From Nitrospirales bacterium (GTDB lineage Bacteria; Nitrospirota; Nitrospiria; Nitrospirales; UBA8639), in contig CBDBCZ010000013.1 of the NCBI GenBank assembly GCA_965203295.1, positions 768,001 through 832,000 on the forward strand: a stretch of 64,000 bases of DNA, given 5' to 3'. Positions within the stretch are counted from its first letter, which is position 1, and every line of letters begins with the position of its first letter. Below are positions 1-47,225 of the stretch, piece by piece. The notes beneath the pieces are model-generated. The model worked only from the letters and a program-made list of their open reading frames with translations. It made no database searches and was not told the DNA's origin. The position numbers and the translations under genes were made by a program.

Positions 1-10673
<10,673 letters not shown>

Positions 10674-10945
10674 TCTCAGCTACTCAGTATACTTAAACTG
10701 TCTTCCTCTGTTAACTAGAAAATGGAGCCTATTGTTGTGTTATAGTAGTAAAATATTATCAGCCAGCTAATGTGCAGTGGTTTCAGCTCACTGGAAACTA
10801 GCAATAGAAGGTGGTGGCAGCTTACTTGCACTTATAAGGTGGTAGCTGGAATGGATTTGCATGTTCGAGGACGAGTCTGCCAGCCATATCATGTTAGCTA
10901 CTGATCCCCAGCTCTTCTTATTTCTGGTGAACTAGCTGTCAGCAT

Positions 10946-11366
10946 CAGTGGCGTAGCTAGAGACTGAGCATTACCCGGGCACTGGTTGGGCATGGATAAT
11001 GCAGCAACGTGAAGCGTACCTGGCTTCGCGCGAAGCGCGCAAATTTTTCATTTTGCAGTAATTTTGAATTTTTTTTTCATTGGACTGGATAGTGTTCGTA
11101 ATGCATGAGTACATCGGTAGCAATGGAGGAATAGCTTTGTTTTAAAGGCGCGGATGATTCAGAGCAAGTGTGAGAGCCATGAGAATCATGAGCGCTCCAC
11201 TGCTACCGCGCAACTAGATCGCAATTCGCGTAGTTAAGCATTATGGCCACGCCCATTTGGTATGATTTAACGTACGTTTGCCCGGGCAAGCACACTTTTT
11301 ACCCGGGCACGCACACTTTTTACCCGGGCCTGTGCCCGGGTAGGCCCGGGTGTAGCTACGCCACTG
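10946..11366. mobile_element. hAT-family MITE with 8-bp TSD
   Basis: TIR CAGTGGCGTAGCTA / TAGCTACGCCACTG, TSD GTCAGCAT at 10938-10945 and 11367-11374. The empty site is visible in the paralogous sequence near 28760. Confidence 0.9.
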
Positions 11367-13439
11367 GTCAGCATTGATGTAGACCTCTATATTTGTAACA
11401 GCTATGTACTAGATACGAAGTCTCGCGGGCCAGCCCACTAAGCGAGCATTGCGGTTCACCCCCGCGCGCGCATACTTTCGGATACGGTGCGCTTCTTTTA
11501 GAGTGAAACGCCAACGATACAGTAATCTTCGTGGAGTTTTTGGCAGTTAACGCTGAGCGGTAAATATCATTGACAAAACAAAGATACTGTGCACGTGGTT
11601 GTGTTAGGATAAATGTTTATTCATGCATTTAAACATGTATTATGCATGCACATGACATTATAAAGAAACAAAATTTATATGAGATGTTCTCTGGCACTTT
11701 CTCCACTTTCACCACCCGCCTCTGAGGTTCTGCATGGTATTTGGTAAAAAAAAGCATGCTCATGCAAAAATATAACTATTAAACCAACAGAAAATGCCCT
11801 AATACACTCAGGAAACTAGCTGTAACGTGGCAGAAACTCCCCCACAAAAACCCCGACTTACTGTAGGCAAAAAACGGCCTTATAGCTTCTGTGGGTTACT
11901 GTACAGGGTTTTGTTCTACTATAACCTACATCATGCAGTACTTCAGGATGTCAGCATTCCTCTGGAAAACTCTAAATCTATTAGGTAGCCTACATTGAGA
12001 GCAACTCCCCCACAAAAATGTACCAAAGGTGAGGCGCTTCTTCAAACATCATGAAAGCATAATATAAGGTAAGTCAGGGTAATTCTGAATAAACTTGGAA
12101 ATTTATGTCAGCCATACCTATCCCTAAAAGAGAACTCCGAGTTTTACTATACTATCTGGTACTTTTGGTTATCTGCTACCCAACAATAGCCTTTAATTGT
12201 TTGCTGCAGTGTGTTGCACTAGTTGAGAACAATTGCTAAGGTCAACTGTCAAAATGTCACAATTAGGGTACAGTAATTCCGAATAAAATTTCCAAAAGAC
12301 TTGAGAAGTTGTACAAAACACAGACAAACCAGTCGTGACCGGTAAGTATATCGAGCTATTTCACTTGGAAGAGAGGATCTCATCAGGGTCGTTACTGGCA
12401 TAGGCCGTCTGACCGCTTGGCAGACTGCCTATTGAGAATTTGGGAGAAAAGCAGAAGGGGCGCCAATTGCTGCTTTTCACAGGATAAGACCATTAACGGT
12501 GGCGATGAATGTGCCATTCATATATGGTGTGTATATACTCATCCTGCCATGTGATGCTTGGAGGGTAAGTGAAGGACAGGAGGCTTAGACTCCAGTCCTG
12601 CCTTCTGCTTTCATCACACTGAGGTTTAGGAGAGACCTCAGTGGAGGAATAGTTACTTATAGTAATTATAGTGGGTGGGAAAAGCAAGAGGTGGGAACAA
12701 AAATAGCAGAGTCTGCTATATGTCACAAGGCTGCAGCTCAGTGAAAGCGTGCCATGTGCACGTGACTTCCCGTAACTAAATTCATACCGGGTTCCATAAT
12801 AATCTTTAAGTTGACCCCGACCCTTCTGCTGTTAACTCGGTTTAACTTTGTTAAACCACAAGCTATTGGTATAGTTGGGGCGAGCGTGAGTGAGTCCCCC
12901 CTTAGTGCTGGGAATGGCGATTTTGTCCGTCCGTGCGCACGGATGCATGGTCCTATATACCGCAAATACTTCAAATATCTATTTCAGCAGCATGCCCTCG
13001 CTCACGCTCACCCCACAATGCTCTGCATTTACTAGTTATAGCTTTAGCTCATATGGATGGTATAATATAAGGGGTGGGTGGATACTAGCATACTACATAG
13101 ATATTCAAATATCTTTCATAACTTATTGAAGACAGATAGTACATCATGGGTGATTAATATGTAGAGTACAGTACACATTGCCACAGCCTTCTCTACATTT
13201 TTGAGAAACATCACCTCTATACTAGCCATACCCTATCATTTTTAGAACAAAATATTTAATAATAAAAAAATTTATGATGTCATGTGCCGTAAACATTTCA
13301 TTGTGAAATATAAACTAATGAATAACAAACTGCAATTTCGCAGAATATGTAATTTGTTAACTTGCTAGTTGTTACAGTAACTCCCTGATCACGACCTCAT
13401 TCTCCAATAGCCAAGCTCATGTTGCTTTAGTTAATTAAT

Positions 13440-28496
<15,057 letters not shown>

Positions 28497-29313
28497 TTAA
28501 TAAATCGGCGATATGATAATATTATATGTTACGAACCGATTCGTGACCGTTGACCAATTTAAGCCAAAGGACGAAAATAGGCCGCACCCTCAGAGTGACG
28601 CTTTACTGACAATCGCATTCCATCAGGGCCTCAGGGGCGCGTGCGCACGCGCGGCCGGTTTTGAATCGGGTCGGCCCGTTATATATTTGAGGACGAGTCA
28701 GCTAGCCGTATCATGTTAGCTACTGAACCCCAGTTCTTCTTATTTCTGGTGAACTAGCTGTCAGCATTGATGTAAACCTCAATAGATCATGCTGGGCAGT
28801 GTGTACGAAGTCTCGTGGGTCAGCCCTCCAAGCGGAAGTGGGCTGGTCCGCGAGACTAATATGCAAATAAACGGTAACATACCAGATTGTGAATAGAGTA
28901 GGCTAAACAAAAAAATTGCAAGCAAACACTCACCTACTTTTCTCTTCTCTCGCCTTTCCTCTCTCTGCCTTACATAATATTCTTATAGCCAACTTCTGTT
29001 TTTTTTTGTACTATCTCATAGACCATTTTTGGCCCGCTACCCTAGTCTCGCGGACAGAAATCGTCTGGCCCGCGCGAGCCCGCGAGACAACTGCTACCCA
29101 TGTGGCGTGACGTAAAAATGTTTGCCTATCTAGCTGTCTTTAGTATCTATAGTAGTAGTACCATCCACCGAATTTGGTATAAGCTTAGCTACTCTTTTAT
29201 CTGGTCCCGAAACCCGATACCGACCCTTTTTATCGCAATGTACATGCATGTATAGCCTGACTCTCGCGAAGCCACACCCTCACATTTCGCGAGAACTACG
29301 TAACGCTTATGGT
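28497..29313. promoter_or_regulatory. Probable bidirectional promoter between the GK-ZU5-DD and MATH genes
   Basis: Divergent start codons are about 820 bp apart. The segment is CpG-rich, with an NRF1-like GCGTGCGCACGCGC near 28638 and an ETS-like CGGAAGT near 28833. Confidence 0.55.
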
Positions 29314-32232
<2,919 letters not shown>

Positions 32233-32584
32233 GCTGCTTAGCAGTAAATTAGATACAGTGTAGGCCATCTGTGATCCATGCAGGCCCCAGTACAATGTAC
32301 AATGTACATTTTAAAATACCATTAGATGGTGATAGCTATTGAGTACAGTATTCTCGGAATGAATTCCTCTTCCCTTTTTTCTTGTTATTGATTGCCTCAG
32401 CCAAGTTTGGATTCACCAGAAATTACGTGCACAGACTGTCCATGCAGTTTGCTTTTGAATGTTAATCACTGTGGTTCTTCTACGACCCACATTACTTCCC
32501 CTGTAGTTGCTGCACAGCCTTTTCACATCACAAAATTAAGAAGCATCTTTGACCCTGTTGTGCACTAACTTCTCTCGCACACTC

Positions 32585-35456
<2,872 letters not shown>

Positions 35457-35599
35457 ACGATTGCAAAGGACTCCACTGGACACTGCATGTATGTGTATTG
35501 TACCAGATATTAAGCTGTCATTTTGTACCCAACCCACATGCACCAATTGTAACTTAATATCTACGGTGGAATTTAGAGGCTAATAATTGCTAAATGTGT

Positions 35600-37170
<1,571 letters not shown>

Positions 37171-38047
37171 TGTGTAGCTACATATAATAGGTAGTGAAAA
37201 GAATAATTAAGAATTATTCGAGAATGATAGGTAGTAATTTTGCCCCAAACAAGAATAATGGGTAAGTTTTGGGGTCACATGAATCGTGAGTCACATCCCT
37301 TTCCAGAGTTCAAATCTGGGGGCTAGCATCGAAATCTCAATGCGACCAATCAGATTGCAGAATGGCGTTAACTAGAATTAGTACCTACGTGTGAAATAAT
37401 TTTACAAGACTCGCATTGCGGTGAAATGATGGCTTCGAAAGTGTTGGTGAAGCCCGGCGCCTAAAGCGAGAGTTTCCTGTGGATGTGGTGAAAGCGGCAG
37501 TGTTATTTGGCGCCCAGAGGTACAGTGGATTCAGCTTCCGTCGCTGTTTCGTGAGCACTATGGCAGTTTTGCAAATACCACAAATGGGCAAGCTTGGGGC
37601 GGCAGCCATCCGTCTCTATAGCGATCTTTAGTAGTAGCAGCATGGATAGTATAGTACACGTGTACGAGGTTAAAATATTAACGCTTCTCACCATTCAATT
37701 ATTTGCATTATACCACATTACATCATCCACAATAAAAATGATTGGCTAAAAAGTATGAGTTACATAGTTTCATAACCCACACTTTTATCAGTTCGCTACG
37801 TTGCTACGCAGCGAAGATTGTACGCATGCGCAACGTGGTATAAGTCAGATAGACCACACCCACTCGTGTGTTATGCGCTATGACCCACTTGTTTACATTT
37901 ATCCCTCGGCTTCGCCTCGGGATAACCGCAAACTCGTGAGTTACATAGGCGCATAACCCACTCTTTGGTGTAGTCTATCCTATACTTCTCGCATGTGCAA
38001 TTAACTGGCTTCAGTACATCCAGGATTGCGGCTTGCGTAGCCAGACG

Positions 38048-39027
38048 ATGTCGTGGGATTCGTATATCGATAACCTTATTGCGCAGACTAAGGACGCCAG
38101 TGGAACAACTCATGCGGACAAGGCTTGCATAATCGGCATAGATGGAGGGGCAGCATGGACGACGGCAGGTCACGCTAATGCATTGAAGGTGAGCTAAGTG
38201 CTGTGAGGGTACCGTATCCGCTCTAATTAAGGCGCCCTTAAAAATTAATTATGACCCTCGGGGGGCGCCTTTGTTGGAGCGGAAAAAATTCCTTCGGGGT
38301 CCGGGGGGCGCCTTATTTAGAGAGGCGACTTCTAATTAGAGCGAAATTTTGGCGTTCGTATTAAATATCAAGCAATTAATTTCTGTAGCTACATGTACGA
38401 AGTACAGTCGATTTCACATTGAATGGGCGGCCATCCCATATCACTAGTCAGTGGACTCATATTTGGCTCGTTCTTTGTGCTTGCCAAAATAGTACCCAAA
38501 CTCGTCCAATATCTAGGAATACTAGATGGCTAGCCATTCAATAAGCCATATTGCCACTGCACGAGGGCTGAACCATTCTTTAAAACGCTAGCACTTCTCC
38601 AAAGCGAATTCCAAGTTCTGTTCATCCCGAAAGATTCGTACTAACCCTTATTTGTAATGGAGCTTCAGTCTAGAATCACTGACTTACCAGTGGCCGTATA
38701 TCAAGTACTCTTGACTGGTTGTTCCTCTTATCTCCCATATTCCAGCTACAAGGCAGTGAGAGCGCAAACATAGCACGGTGTTTCAAGTCCAAGGACTTCA
38801 CAGCGTTCATGACATCAGGAGTGTATGTTGAAGGTCAAATGTATATGTTTTTAAGAGAAGAAGACGGGAAGATAGTGTATGCAAAACAGAAAGGAGCGGG
38901 CGCAGTTTCTTGCCAGGCATCAAAGACAGCCATCGTAATCGCACATTGTCCAGAAGGCTCACAACAAGGAAATACAAACAAGGGAGTCGGAGTTATTGCG
39001 GAATATCTCGAAAGTCTGGGTATGTAG
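38048..39027 (+). CDS. PFN: Profilin (140 aa, 2 exons)
   Basis: Exons 38048-38188 (MSWDSYIDNLI..ACIIGIDGGAAWT) and 38746-39027 (SGVYVEGQMYMFLR..SKTAIVIAH..IAEYLESLGM). Confidence 0.95.
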
Positions 39028-39604
39028 AACTCTTACAGTCTAGAGTAGCATGCAAGCGTAGTGCAGATTTTGACAAGTCCGGATGGGAGATATAGGACAT
39101 TTGTATCAATTTATTTGGTTGGCTTTGCTGCACTGAGTGTGTGTGTGTGGCAGTCATATTATGCAAAATTTAAATGATTTTCAGTGAAACTGAGGCAGGT
39201 GGTGGTGTGTACGGACGAAAACATCCCACATGTGGTTGACACTAGTCAACTGCATGTGGAATGTTTTTAGTAGAGTGGCATGTATATAGCTGGTAGTCTG
39301 GAGAACATTTGAACTGTGAATGGAAACAATTTTTCTGGACTTGCTGCTCCACATGATATGTAGACTAGCCTCAAACCCAGGCCTTCCCGACACTTACGGA
39401 AATAAAGAGTATATGTTTTTCTTTCCTTTCCTTTTTGGAAGGCCTGGGTTTGGAGACTAGTTGTGATTTTTATAAGGAAATTGTATGTAATGAGCCACTT
39501 CATAGCACAGTACATGTACACAATGAGGTCACAGCATACAAGGAAGGAAAGTCACAGTATTAACAATTTAAAACAGTTGCTTTCTCTGGCTGTCTCTGTG
39601 GTGT

Positions 39605-42600
39605 CTAGAACAGCAGCCCTCTGGTCCGTCTCCCGATGCTGTGGCGACCGTATAGCACATTCACCTTAGACACAAACTGGAGGAGAAGATCATGTCTTAG
39701 ACACCACTCCTCCTTGGCCAAATCATCTAAATTATGCATCTCACCATTCCTAGTAAGATTGCTTCCCCTCCCCCACACCCTCCTTGGATCTCTCGTTCTC
39801 TCCTTTCGAGTTTTAGACGTAGGAACCTTCTTTATAAGCGCGCTAAATTAACTAATTCCGTGCAAGACTGGTCTCTTTACCGCTCTTTTAGAAACTCTAC
39901 TCTTGCTTTACTCCGCTCTCTCAAGTCTAAGTTTTTCCGTTCTCTCTCCTCCTCCCCCTCCCCCCGTCATTTCTGGTCTTCCGTTAAAAAGCTTCGTAAA
40001 AAAGTCACTTCTGTCCCTCCTCTCCTACATAATAATCACTTTATTCATTCTGATTCCTCAAAAGCTAGTCTTCTTAATAATTTATTTTCCTCTTGCTTTA
40101 ATTCTTCCACGCCGCCTCTCTCTTCTCTTCCTTCCCATCCCTCCCCACCTTCTACTCCTTGTCCCCCCGATCTTTTGTGTTCCAAAAATGAAATCCTTCA
40201 CCTTCTTCTTAATCTTTCTTCTAACTCCGCCACTGGTCCCGACGGCATCTCTGCTCGTATGCTTAAACTTTCTGCTTCCTCTATTGCTGCTCCTCTTACT
40301 AACATCTTTAATTTATCTATATCTTCCGGCATCTTTCCTTCCGACTGGAAGAATTCTAATGTAGTCCCTATTCCTAAAACTAAATCTCCTTCTTCATCCC
40401 CCTCTGACTATCGTCCCATATCTCTTCTTCCTATAATCAGTAAAGTCCTTGAACGCCATATATTTAATTATCTCCATAACTCCTGTTCTGATAATCAAAC
40501 TCTCTCTGACTCTCAATTTGGCTTTCGACCTGGCCGTTCTACCGAATCTGCTCTTCTCTCTGTTACTCATTCTTGGCTATCCTCTCTAGATTCTCATAAT
40601 TCTCTTTGTGCTGTCTTCTTCGACTTACGTAAAGCCTTCGATTCTGTACCTCATCAACCTCTTATGCACACTCTTTCCTCCATTGGTCTTTCTTCCCACC
40701 TCACTTCCTGGTTCTTTAGCTACCTCTGTAATCGCTCTCAACAAGTAGTTCTAAATGGCTCTTCCTCTCATAAATCCCATGCTTTTTCTGGTGTTCCTCA
40801 AGGATCTATTTTAGGCCCTCTTCTCTTCATTATTTATCTTAACAGTCTTTCCGACATTCCTCTCTCTCCTTCATCTAAACTTACCTTTTATGCTGATGAC
40901 ATTCTTTTTTCCCACCAGTGTAATTCTGCCTCCGATATTCCTCTCATTCAATCCGATATTAACTCTATCGCTTCTTGGATCTCTGCTCACTACCTTACCA
41001 TTAATACTTCTAAGACTAAATACATGTTTATTTCCTTTAAATCTGCTGCTTTCTTCTCTACCTTCCCCTCCTTGTACCTTAATGGATCTCTTCTTGACAG
41101 AGTCTCATCTTTTAAATACTTAGGCATTCTGATCTCTTCCAATCTGTCTTGGACTCCCCACCTCCTTTCCATCTCTCGTAAATCTAGGCAACTTATAGGT
41201 ATCTTATATCGTCTCTTCTATCGTCACTCTGACCCCTCATCTCTTTTCAAACTTTACTCCACTCTTATTCGCCCTCATCTTGAATATTGCTCTTCCGTCT
41301 GGGACCCCTCCTCTTCTGCTACCGTTTCTCAACTAGAAAAGATACAATTCTTTGCCCTAAAACTCTGCTCTAAAAACTGGTCTTCTGATTATTCTTCCCT
41401 CCTACATCTTTTTAACTGTCCTTCTCTCTCTTCACGTCGTGAGAAATCCAAACTTATTTCCCTTTTTAAAATTCTTAATGGTTATATGTTCTTCCTACCT
41501 AACTCTTTCCACCCTCTACTTCCCTCATCCATGCTTACCCGTTCCTTTCACCCTCGAAATTTATTTGTCCCTCGCTGTCGTACTTCCGCCTTCCTTTCCT
41601 CCTTTGTGCCCAATTCCTGCTCCCTCTGGAACTCTCTACCCTCTCATCTTAAAGACTGTGGCTCTCTAGCTTCTTTTAAGTACTATATATGTAATCTACA
41701 ATTATAATTCAACTGATGTATATATTTAATTGCTATCATTTATCTGTCATTTATCTGCCATGCTCTTTGTATTAGCTGTTTTAGCTATTGAGCATGTTTA
41801 TTGCCCATAAAAAAAAAATAAATAATAAAAAAAAATAAAAAAAAAAAAAAATCTACACAGGATTCTATATAGAACCCTATATAAACTCACATCACTAGTG
41901 GTGGAGAGGCCTTTAGTGATGGCTGCCAAGTATGACATCAACATTACATCATTGGTTTGCTGTATAGTGACATGTAAACATTGGTCAGATTGTGTACAGG
42001 ACAATTAGCCTGTAAGGACAGCTAGGGTATGGTTTGCTCACGCTGTGGAAATCCCTCCCAAAAGACTTGCTGTCCAACACCGGCACCTGGTCGCACAGAC
42101 TGGACACTTCTCTCAGAATCTCATGGTTCTTGGGAAGCTCTCCTGCATGTGAAGGAGCACAGATAAGTGAGGTCAATGTTTCGTGGTTAGAGCACAGTGT
42201 ACACAGAGCCGACCTTGCACGCCTTCCCTTACTGAACACAGAGCCTACCTTACTGATCACAGCCTACCTTCCTACACACAGAGCCTACCTTACACACCTT
42301 CCCTTACTGTGCAGTGCACATGCACAGCCTACCTTCCTGAATGCAGTATACCTTCCTGAACACATAGCCTACCTTACACACCTCTTACTGTGCAGTGCAC
42401 ACAGCCTACCTTCCTGGACACATAGCCTACGTTACACACCTCTTACTGTGCAGTGCACACAGCCTACCTTCCTGAACACATAGCCTACCTTACACACCTT
42501 CTCTTACTGTGCAGTAGGCCTTGATGGATTATTCTTTTCTTCTACCTATTATTCTATTGTTTTATTCTTGAAAGTCTTACCTATTATTCTTTTCATTTTA

Positions 42601-44550
42601 CCTATTATTCTTTTTATTGCACCTATTATTCTCATAAAAATGATACAAAAAGCGAATCAAAACTGGTCCGGAAGAAGCCATTTATAGTGACACACCATGA
42701 AAAAACTTATGAATGATCATTATACAGTAACAGGGAATTATGCCAGCAATTATTTGGTCGCAGGTAGCAAAATAATTATTTTCCACAGGACGAATTCAAT
42801 CATAATCTGGAAAGGGATATGACTCACGATTCATGTGATCCCAAAACCTACCCATTATTCTTTTTTGGGCCAAAATGACTACCTATTATTCTCGAATAAT
42901 TCTTAATTCTTTTCGCTACCTAATATTCTCAAAATTATGCCAGCATAATCCATCAGGGCCTACACTATGACCCAATCTAGCCCTGGGAGTGGTTATGAAG
43001 GGGGCGTAGTGTTGTGGAGAAAAAACTAACTGCTTTAGGGAAGCGTGGTTACGAAATACCTCACTCATTTAAAGACAATGAAATTGAGGTAGCTGTTTAA
43101 AATATTACTGTAAGGAAAACGAAATTGTTGATATTTTTTTTTTGTTTATTGACAAAGAAAGCCCCCCAAAGGGGATGGGCCGCGCCTAGAGGTACTGCAA
43201 TACTAGGGCAACCCGTGGGATGGGCGACGCAAGCGCCAATCCACATCCCGAGTCACAAAAATTGAAGTAATATCGTTCGGGCAATGCCCGAATTGGAGAT
43301 ATTACACTCCAAAGAACAGTTATTTCTACTTGATCTTAGCCAAGAGGCCGAGAAGCGATGCTGCTGTACTTTTGACTCTCTTTTTTATACTGCTGAGGTC
43401 CGCGAAACACTTGTGGGTTTTGCGGTGTGAGCGGAAGTTATTACGCCATCGCAACGTCGCGCGAACGGCGCAAATGTGAGTACTAATGAAGTTTTTGAGA
43501 CAGTGAATTTGATTTCGACTCGACGCTGCACGTACGTATTTACTATACACTTTGCTGCTCGCGAGAACTAACTGCAACCGCATGCGCATTCTAGACTAGC
43601 GCATTATATGTGCTGCCCCGCCTCCCTTAGGGGCCAAGAAATTTCATGTATGTGGTTTTGCTACAGTCATGTTCACTGCTTGGCTCGAGAAAGCCATTCT
43701 AGCTTCCAGCATGCTACATGTAGGTACTCCCCTCAGGACGAGGGTCCCAGGCTCTGCCCTCAGGACGAGGGACCTACCTTCCTGAATGCAGTATATACCT
43801 TCCTGAACACATAGCCTACCTTGCACACCTCTTACTGTGCAGTGCACATGCACAGCCTACCTTCCTGAAAGCAGTATACCTTCCTGAACACATAGCCTAC
43901 CTTGCACACCTCTTACTGTGCAGTGCACACAGCCTACCTTCCTGGACAGCCTTGAGGTAGTCTAGAATGATTCTCACTCTGGAGTGCAGCATCTTTATGG
44001 CGCCGTGCTGCGCACTCAACTGCTCTGCCACTGGAAGGCGGAAGGACGTGCAAAGCTACGTAGACTCCCAGTAGCATCATCATCACTATAATTATACCAC
44101 ATGGATGGCTTCATTGTACTCGTGAGGTCACATGGTAGCGTCTGTCCCAGACTCTCATCCAGCTTAGTGTTACTTGCAGCCTTTCTGTACATGTACAGCG
44201 AGCAATGAAAACCTGAATGAAAGCCTGCATGCATGGAGCCAAGGCTAGACACAGGGTACATGTACGTACATGTTTTTCATATGAGAAAACTAGCCTGTGT
44301 CCCAATCCCAGGCCCAATTCTGCCTGGGAATGAAACCACGACAAAGTACATGTATGCTCTCCTATTCTCTTGTGCTCACTGGTATTATGCACTAAACCTT
44401 GACCTCCATTACTATACGAAGAGAGAGAGTCGTACCAGCCGATGTCTGTGAGGAGCCAGTGATGGACGACCTGTCAATGTGGTCCACTCCAATCCTCTCA
44501 GCCTCCTCCGTGGCCAAGGTGTAGGGCGCCCACGTGAACAAGATCTTGGG
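39605..44550 (-). CDS. COPS6: COP9 signalosome subunit 6, C-terminal five exons only; MPN-domain exons not found
   Basis: Exons 44436-44550 ([15 protein letters not shown]), 43938-44030 ([12 protein letters not shown]), 42042-42142 (NHEILRE), 41891-41959 ([14 protein letters not shown]), 39605-39676 ([23 protein letters not shown]). Confidence 0.88.
39730..41850 (+). mobile_element. 5'-truncated non-LTR retrotransposon (LINE, CR1/L2-like RT) in the last COPS6 intron
   Basis: ORF 39734-41707 has RT motifs ([47 protein letters not shown]). There is no endonuclease, and an A-rich tail runs 41808-41850. Candidate TSD ATCTA at 39725-39729 and 41851-41855. Confidence 0.95.
42240..43945 (-). repeat. 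Intronic minisatellite built from the COPS6 exon end/splice donor, in two blocks (about 42240-42514 and 43771-43945)
   Basis: Repeated AGCCTACCTT(CCTG)/CTTACTGTGCAGTGCAC units, which read as CAGGAAG|GTAGGCT on the minus strand and match the true donor at 43937. Confidence 0.85.
42515..42962. mobile_element. MITE interrupting the donor-derived repeat
   Basis: TAGGCCTTGATGGATTAT / ATAATCCATCAGGGCCTA termini. A partial inverted copy lies at about 37184-37306. Confidence 0.85.
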
Positions 44551-45801
44551 CTGGGGGGAGGGAGAGGGGAAGGAGGGAACAGGAGAGTAGGGGGGAGGGG
44601 GGGGGGAGCACTGTAAGCCCAGACTCCCCAATTCAAAGAGCAAGTCATATAAGTATGGTAAACCATGCATGTGTGTGCACGATATGCATGAGGTACGCTG
44701 TCCACCCATGGTCAAGTAGCTAGTACGTATATTATAATATATTGCCTAGTACCTGCATGCATACATGCACACAGCAATTAACGTTCCAGAAATGTGTTGA
44801 AAGGAAATCTGACTGTATTTCATGTACAGGGTATGATAAGGTACAATTTCCTTTGTATTGTATCCTATGCTATACTACCTTGTATCTGAAATGCCGGATT
44901 CCTGTCAATTTTTTTTGTTAATTACAGTAGCTAACACATTTCACTTTTTTTATTGCTGTGATGTATATTATCATGATTGTACTACATATGTAGTGGTGTG
45001 CATGTGAATTCAGATGAGTTGAATATTCAGAGTGGACAGGAGCATGCAGTGATTCTTGAATTGTGGTCTTTAGCTATTATACTTTTTGTGTGCATGATGT
45101 TGTCCACCCAAGGACAAGTAGTATACTACGTATATGCAGTGGTTATCCATGAGGAAATAACAACATTCTGGCCTGGACTGGAGTATTTATGTGAAATAAT
45201 GTCATACATGTAGTATATAGACTACACCATTGCAGCAGTCACATCGTCACATGTACTGCATAGATTACGTATGATTCTAGCCCTAGCCTTGCATATACCC
45301 AATTCTGAAAATAGACAATGTCATGTAATTGATATATTCTATATTACCTCATGTAATTATGCACGTTCTCTCAGCCCCACCGATACACTTGGAGGAGAGA
45401 GTGAGACCTGTATTGTAAGCGTCCTGTTTATGGGTGGGACTGACAGAGCCTGGTATCAAGGTTTCTCATGCAGTGTCAATTATATGCGACATTAAATTAT
45501 GATTAAAGAAACTGAACTAGATGGTTGTGTGGGAATCAGATCAGTAGTACACAGAATCAGGAGATGCTGTCTGGACTGGAGTCCACTATAGTCTCAGGCA
45601 GGGCTGGGTGTTCAATTCGCTCTACTCTGTCTCCACTCTGTCATGATCTATTGTCTACAGGAGAACATCCCCAGTCACAGAGCTTTCCAGTTCCCTGAGG
45701 GAATACCCAGGGAGGAAGAGAGTCAGGAATTGTGTAGGGAAGAAGAAAGTGACAGGGTATATGCAGAAAGGAGACTGGGATCGTCCAGGGCAGATGGGAG
45801 T

Positions 45802-46046
45802 CAGGGATCGTTTAGGGAAGAATGGAATGAGAGATAAGTAGGGATTCAGGGATCGTTTAGGGAAGAATGGAATGAGAGATAAGTAGGGATTCAGGGATCG
45901 TTTAGGGAAGAATGGAATGAGAGATAAGTAGGGATTCAGGGATCGTTTAGGGAAGAATGGAATGAGAGATAAGTAGGGATTCAGGGATCGTTTAGGGAAG
46001 AATGGAATGAGAGATAAGTAGGGATTCAGGGATTGTTTAGGGAAGA
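45802..46046. repeat. 45-bp minisatellite, 5 copies plus a degenerate tail
   Basis: CAGGGATCGTTTAGGGAAGAATGGAATGAGAGATAAGTAGGGATT. Confidence 0.95.
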
Positions 46047-46498
46047 AGGGAGTAAGGGATTGCATAGGGTAGAAGGAAGGGGGGGATTGCATAGGCAAAG
46101 GGGAGTGACAACTTATGGAGGGTACGCAGAATGGTGTCAGGGATTGCGTAGTGCAGAAGGGAATTGGGGATCATTTAGGGAAGAAGGGAGTGAGAGATAG
46201 ATTAGGCAAGAAGGGAGTGAGAGATAGTGTAGGCAAGAAGGGAATGAGGTATTGTGTATGAAAGGCTACAAGTGCAACTACCCTACCTCATGACATTTCA
46301 AGCAAGAATTTACACACTAGCTCTCAGCAGTATGTGAGAGCTCAGAAGTACATGAATGGCTATAGTTACTGTAGCTCCTCACTTTATAGAAAGGTGGAAT
46401 CTGCAGTTGGAGTTAATTGTAGAGCTAGTCACTGAGTTTCACATTGCAGGAGTGGAAGCGACCAGGGAAGCCAACCAACTGCACTCGGGCTTTACGCC

Positions 46499-47225
<727 letters not shown>

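Noticed and set aside
37385..37609. ORF MAAAPSLPICGICK...
   Set aside because: Short, with a single CxxC, adjacent to MITE fragments; more likely repeat-derived than a gene.
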